Shown piece by piece: positions 28,332 to 32,000 of a stretch of DNA of 32,000 nucleotides. Source of the DNA: Alkanindiges illinoisensis DSM 15370. Lineage in GTDB: Bacteria; Pseudomonadota; Gammaproteobacteria; Pseudomonadales; Moraxellaceae. A model generated the notes under the pieces. It worked only from the letters and a program-made list of their open reading frames with translations, was not told the origin of the DNA and did not search any database. The translations under genes were made by a program, and so were the position numbers. Every line of letters begins with the position of its first letter. The first letter of the stretch is position 1. The DNA lies in NCBI RefSeq assembly GCF_000619845.1, contig NZ_JHUX01000003.1, positions 1,150,064-1,182,063 on the forward strand. Direction: 5' to 3'.

Positions 28332-31172
28332 CTACTTCATGGCGACCATTACCCGAATGGAATCCGGCACCAGTGAGAGCTGCTCCAGCAACTGTACGCC
28401 CTGTGCCTGCTGTTCTTTCAGGCGCTCCAGTTCATCTTCACGAATGCTGGGGTTATGCTCTTTCAGATAAGTCAGGCGATCAATTTCCTGTTGCAAACGA
28501 TCATTATAACGCTTACGTGCGGTTTCACTAAAGCTTTGCACTTGTGCCTTGGCCAGTTGCTCGGCCTGCTTGTAGCGCTCTTCAATGACTTCGCGGCGCA
28601 GTTTTACTACCTGACGCGCATTGTTCATATCCAGACGATGCACATACGGATGCAGCATGGCAGAATTAATCTTGGCGGACAAATCCTGTCCATTTTCATT
28701 CAGCAATACCCGAATAAGCTGTTGCGGCAAACTGGCAGCCAGATTCAGTACTTTGGGTGCAATCACTTCTACCCGAAACCACATTTCCAGCATCAGGCTA
28801 CCTTGTGGAATTGCCGCGCTTTTCAGCACTGTAACACTGGTATTACCAAACGACTGGGTATGTACCATTTCAAAGATGCTGTTGGTAAACGGATGTTCCA
28901 GCGTAATATACTGGGCATCTTCCCGGTGCTGCGCCTGCTCACGCGAGAAGGTGGCCGTCATGCCCTCTTCATCCAGCAACAAACCTTCCACCTGCATCTG
29001 ATCAGAAGGGCGGATAATCAGCGTACCATCACTTTGTTCTTCATAGTCAATATTGGTGGCTGCCAGAAAGCGTGTCATAAAGTCAGGTAATGGATTTTGC
29101 TCATCCTGATCTTCCAGCGCCTTGACAATCCGTGCAGCGACTTTGGGCCGGCAGGAATTAAATTCCAGCAGACGGTCACGCCCAGCCTGTAATTCATCTT
29201 CCAGCGCCACACGCTCGCTGTTCACCTGTTCCAGCAGGTCTTCAAACATTTGTCCTTGATCACTCAACAGACAATCTTTTAATTCAACAATATGATTTTC
29301 CTGCAAGGTTTGCGCAGTTGGTGAAATATTGCTGAAAATATTCAAGGCTTCGTTGTACCAGCGGAACATGCGCTCCTGAGCAGTACCCACAAAATAGGGC
29401 ACATGAATCCGTATGCGGTTTTGCTGGCCAATACGATCCAGACGTCCAATCCGTTGTTCCAGCACATCAGGGTTGGCAGGCAGATCAAATAAAATCAGGT
29501 CACTGGCAAACTGGAAGTTACGGCCTTCCGAGCCAATTTCCGAACACAGCAGGATTTGTGCACCATAGCCTTCTTCAGCAAAATACGCTGCGGCCTGATC
29601 ACGTTCCAGCAGGCTCATACCCTCATGGAACATGGCCGTACGAATGCCGCCATGAATACGTAATGCAGTTTCCAGTGATTCTACCACTGGACCACTACGG
29701 GCAATCAGCAGCACTTTTTTGTGTTTTAAATCTTTGCGCAGAATATCCATCAGCCATGGCAGGCGTGCATCATGTTCCATCCACGAGCCATCCAGCATGG
29801 TTTCTTCAAACCACATTTGTTCACGCAGTTTGCCAGTCAACGGCCAGTGCTCAGGTGCAGGTAGTGCTGCTGGAATGCAGTCACGACCCGGAAAACCGGA
29901 AATGGCCTCCCGGGTATTGCGGAACAAAATCCGGCCTGTGCCGTGACGGTCTAGCAGTTCATTAATGGCACGATAGCGCGCCTCACTATCCTGCTCCACT
30001 TCATGGCCGAGCAGCTCAACCAGAACCTCTTGATGCTGTTCATTTAATGGCTCATCAGACATAAGCACTTCAGCAATTTGTGCAGTCTGGCTGTATTGCG
30101 CTTCTTCTTCCAGAAAATGATCCAGCGTGTCAAAGCGCTGTGGGTCCAGCAAACGCAAACGGGCAAAATGGCTATCTACACCCAGTTGCTCCGGGGTTGC
30201 TGTCAGCAATAAGACACCCGGCGTTTGATTGGCAAATTCTTCAACTAAATCATAGCGGTCATTGCCAATACCTTCACCTGTTTCCGGGTCTTCATGCCAG
30301 GTTAAATGGTGCGCCTCGTCAATCACCAGCAAGTCAAAGCCAGCATCCAAAGCCTGCTGTTTGAGGTCTTCGTGATCCAGCAGCAAATCAATGCTGGCAA
30401 TGATGCATTGCTCGGTTAAAAATGGATTGGCATCTTCATCGTGTTCTTTGATCGATGCAGTGCGCGTCAGGTCAAACAGGGAAAATTGCAGATTGAAACG
30501 GCGGCGCATTTCAATCATCCACTGGTACTGCAAGGAATCCGGCACCAGAATTAAAATGCGTTCGCTACGCCCGGTTTGCAGTTGCTGATGAATAATCAGG
30601 CCAGCTTCAATGGTTTTACCAAGACCGACTTCATCGGCAAGCAACACACGCGGTGCCAGACGGCGGCCCACTTCATGGGCAATATATAACTGGTGGGGAA
30701 TCAAGCCAACACGTGGGCCAAGTAAGCCACGCAACGGACTAATCGCCATACGGCTTTGCATGAGCAAGGCTTCAATGCGCAAGTCATACCATTCTTTGGA
30801 TTCAATCTGGCTGGCCAGCAAACGATCCAGCGGACGCGCCAGCTGGATATTGGCACCCAGCCGGGTTTCATTCATGCTTTTACGCTGTTCACCTGCTGGG
30901 CAAACCACGTCATAACGAATGACGCCACGTACATTTTCAACGCCTTCAACCTGCCATTCCTGCCCTTCCTGATCGGTAAACCAGTCACCCTGCTTAAACA
31001 GGATACGGGATAGCGGCGCATTGGCCCGGGCATACACGCGCGTTTCATCGCTTTTGGGGAATAAAATGCTAATGGTACGTTCATCGACATCGACCAAAAC
31101 GCCTAAGCCAAGTTCTGACTCTGTGTCTGATAACCAACGTTGTCCAATGGCAAAATCTTGCAATTCATTCAC
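28332..31172 (-). CDS. rapA: RNA polymerase-associated SWI2/SNF2 ATPase RapA (HepA)
   Basis: The N-terminus FAIGQRWLSDTESELGLGVLV is near-identical to the E. coli RapA N-terminus as I remember it. Helicase motifs are ADEVGLGKT (Walker A) and LLVIDEAHHL (DEAH). 946 aa. Confidence 0.95.
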   Translation of the reverse strand: MNELQDFAIGQRWLSDTESELGLGVLVDVDERTISILFPKSDETRVYARANAPLSRILFKQGDWFTDQEGQEWQVEGVENVRGVIRYDVVCPAGEQRKSMNETRLGANIQLARPLDRLLASQIESKEWYDLRIEALLMQSRMAISPLRGLLGPRVGLIPHQLYIAHEVGRRLAPRVLLADEVGLGKTIEAGLIIHQQLQTGRSERILILVPDSLQYQWMIEMRRRFNLQFSLFDLTRTASIKEHDEDANPFLTEQCIIASIDLLLDHEDLKQQALDAGFDLLVIDEAHHLTWHEDPETGEGIGNDRYDLVEEFANQTPGVLLLTATPEQLGVDSHFARLRLLDPQRFDTLDHFLEEEAQYSQTAQIAEVLMSDEPLNEQHQEVLVELLGHEVEQDSEARYRAINELLDRHGTGRILFRNTREAISGFPGRDCIPAALPAPEHWPLTGKLREQMWFEETMLDGSWMEHDARLPWLMDILRKDLKHKKVLLIARSGPVVESLETALRIHGGIRTAMFHEGMSLLERDQAAAYFAEEGYGAQILLCSEIGSEGRNFQFASDLILFDLPANPDVLEQRIGRLDRIGQQNRIRIHVPYFVGTAQERMFRWYNEALNIFSNISPTAQTLQENHIVELKDCLLSDQGQMFEDLLEQVNSERVALEDELQAGRDRLLEFNSCRPKVAARIVKALEDQDEQNPLPDFMTRFLAATNIDYEEQSDGTLIIRPSDQMQVEGLLLDEEGMTATFSREQAQHREDAQYITLEHPFTNSIFEMVHTQSFGNTSVTVLKSAAIPQGSLMLEMWFRVEVIAPKVLNLAASLPQQLIRVLLNENGQDLSAKINSAMLHPYVHRLDMNNARQVVKLRREVIEERYKQAEQLAKAQVQSFSETARKRYNDRLQQEIDRLTYLKEHNPSIREDELERLKEQQAQGVQLLEQLSLVPDSIRVMVAMK

Positions 31173-31358
31173 CTTATCGTTTGCAATTATTACAGCACAC
31201 GTATTTACTGCCCAATGATTTGAAGCCCAAATCGTGCGGCGCGCATTCTCTCATATCTGCTGTGCGTTGTGCTTGAGTTTTTGTATAAAACTCACCCGTA
31301 AAGCTGTTTTATAAACTATTCCTGCGGGAAAGACAGACAAAAGCAACAAGTCAGTTGA

Positions 31359-32000
31359 TTAAAATGGTGCTGGACAGAAAAAATTCAACTTGTCGCCTGT
31401 TACGGGATGAAAAAAAGACAACTGTTCAGCATGCAAACATAAGCGTGGCATCAGCTGACATGACTGTTCATCAGCATACAGTTCATCACCGACAATGGCA
31501 TGTCCCAGATACTGCATGTGTACCCGCAACTGATGGGAGCGCCCGGTAATAGGTGTTAATTTTACCCGGGTAACTGGCTGGTTATTAATTTCAAACTGCT
31601 CAACTGCCTGCCAGTGTGTCAAGGCAGGTTTATGATAAGCAGGATCAGCAATGTGTAAGGGTGGACGGGTTGGATCATAATTAACTGGCACATCCACACT
31701 ACCCTCACCCGTTAAATGTCCACTCACCAGCGCATGATACTGTTTGTCAGTTTGGCGGTTTTGAAACTGCTTGGAGATATGGCTTTGCGCTGCTTTATTT
31801 AAGGCAAACACTAGAATACCTGAAGTATCACGGTCTAGACGGTGAATGAGTAAGGCATTGGGTTCTTCTACAAGCAAACGGTTAATGACGCAATCGCTCA
31901 GATCGCCTTTGCCCGGTACACTGAGCAATCCAGCAGGTTTGTTGATAACAATAAAATGTTCATCGCGGTGGATGAGCGTTTGCTGTAAAAAATTGGGCAT
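31359..32000 (-). CDS. rluA: RluA-family pseudouridine synthase (reaches the window edge; N-terminus may be incomplete)
   Basis: Motifs IVINKPAGLLSVPGKG, the catalytic HRLDRDTSG and PITGRSHQLRVHM are collinear with E. coli RluA from memory. The ATG coincides with base 32000, so the true start cannot be verified. Confidence 0.8.
   Translation of the reverse strand: MPNFLQQTLIHRDEHFIVINKPAGLLSVPGKGDLSDCVINRLLVEEPNALLIHRLDRDTSGILVFALNKAAQSHISKQFQNRQTDKQYHALVSGHLTGEGSVDVPVNYDPTRPPLHIADPAYHKPALTHWQAVEQFEINNQPVTRVKLTPITGRSHQLRVHMQYLGHAIVGDELYADEQSCQLMPRLCLHAEQLSFFHPVTGDKLNFFCPAPF

Noticed and set aside
28455-29090. 211-aa plus-strand ORF (and 28621-29001)
   Set aside because: It is antisense to rapA, whose reading frame is strongly supported by helicase motifs. 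It is a shadow ORF.

Overview
This is a gammaproteobacterial chromosomal window. Gene order (lptM-lysA-dapF-xerC, hisZ-purA, metK/tkt/epd, rluA/rapA) suggests Pseudomonadales/Moraxellaceae, but that assignment is low confidence. I support 28 protein-coding genes and found no rRNA, tRNA, CRISPR array, transposase or IS end. Most of the window is housekeeping: a PaoC-type molybdo-aldehyde oxidoreductase large subunit with XdhC and MocA-like maturation genes, a GNAT, xerC, dapF, lysA, lptM, a FAD/Rieske oxidoreductase, an MBL hydrolase, a DUF1348-like protein, cycA, radA, a Tim44-like protein, purA, hisZ, an epd/gap-family dehydrogenase, a DUF4124-like protein, tkt, metK, rapA and a partial rluA-family gene. 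Several ORF-track starts were refined using Shine-Dalgarno context (mocA-like, dapF, purA, tkt, FAD/Rieske, Tim44-like and the small orphan ORFs). Three short AT-rich insertions sit at junctions between conserved blocks, and these are the parts worth chasing. (1) At 4734-6015, between xerC and the GNAT gene, lies a tightly coupled three-gene cassette. It encodes a 2-TM DUF3592-like protein, a small soluble protein with a YHGS...VYAV motif pair, and a 2-TM protein with a C-terminal zinc ribbon. A 15-bp perfect palindrome carrying extended -10 elements precedes it. This is my best candidate for an undescribed system. (2) At 17989-18570, a free-standing degenerate PT-HINT-like domain gene with no extein or toxin is wedged between the terminators of two convergent core genes. 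(3) At 27543-28290, a very AT-rich islet holds a 69-aa orphan ORF and about 430 bp of non-coding DNA, next to a strongly acidic low-complexity protein. All functional ideas for these three loci are inference from motifs and architecture. I could run no database search.
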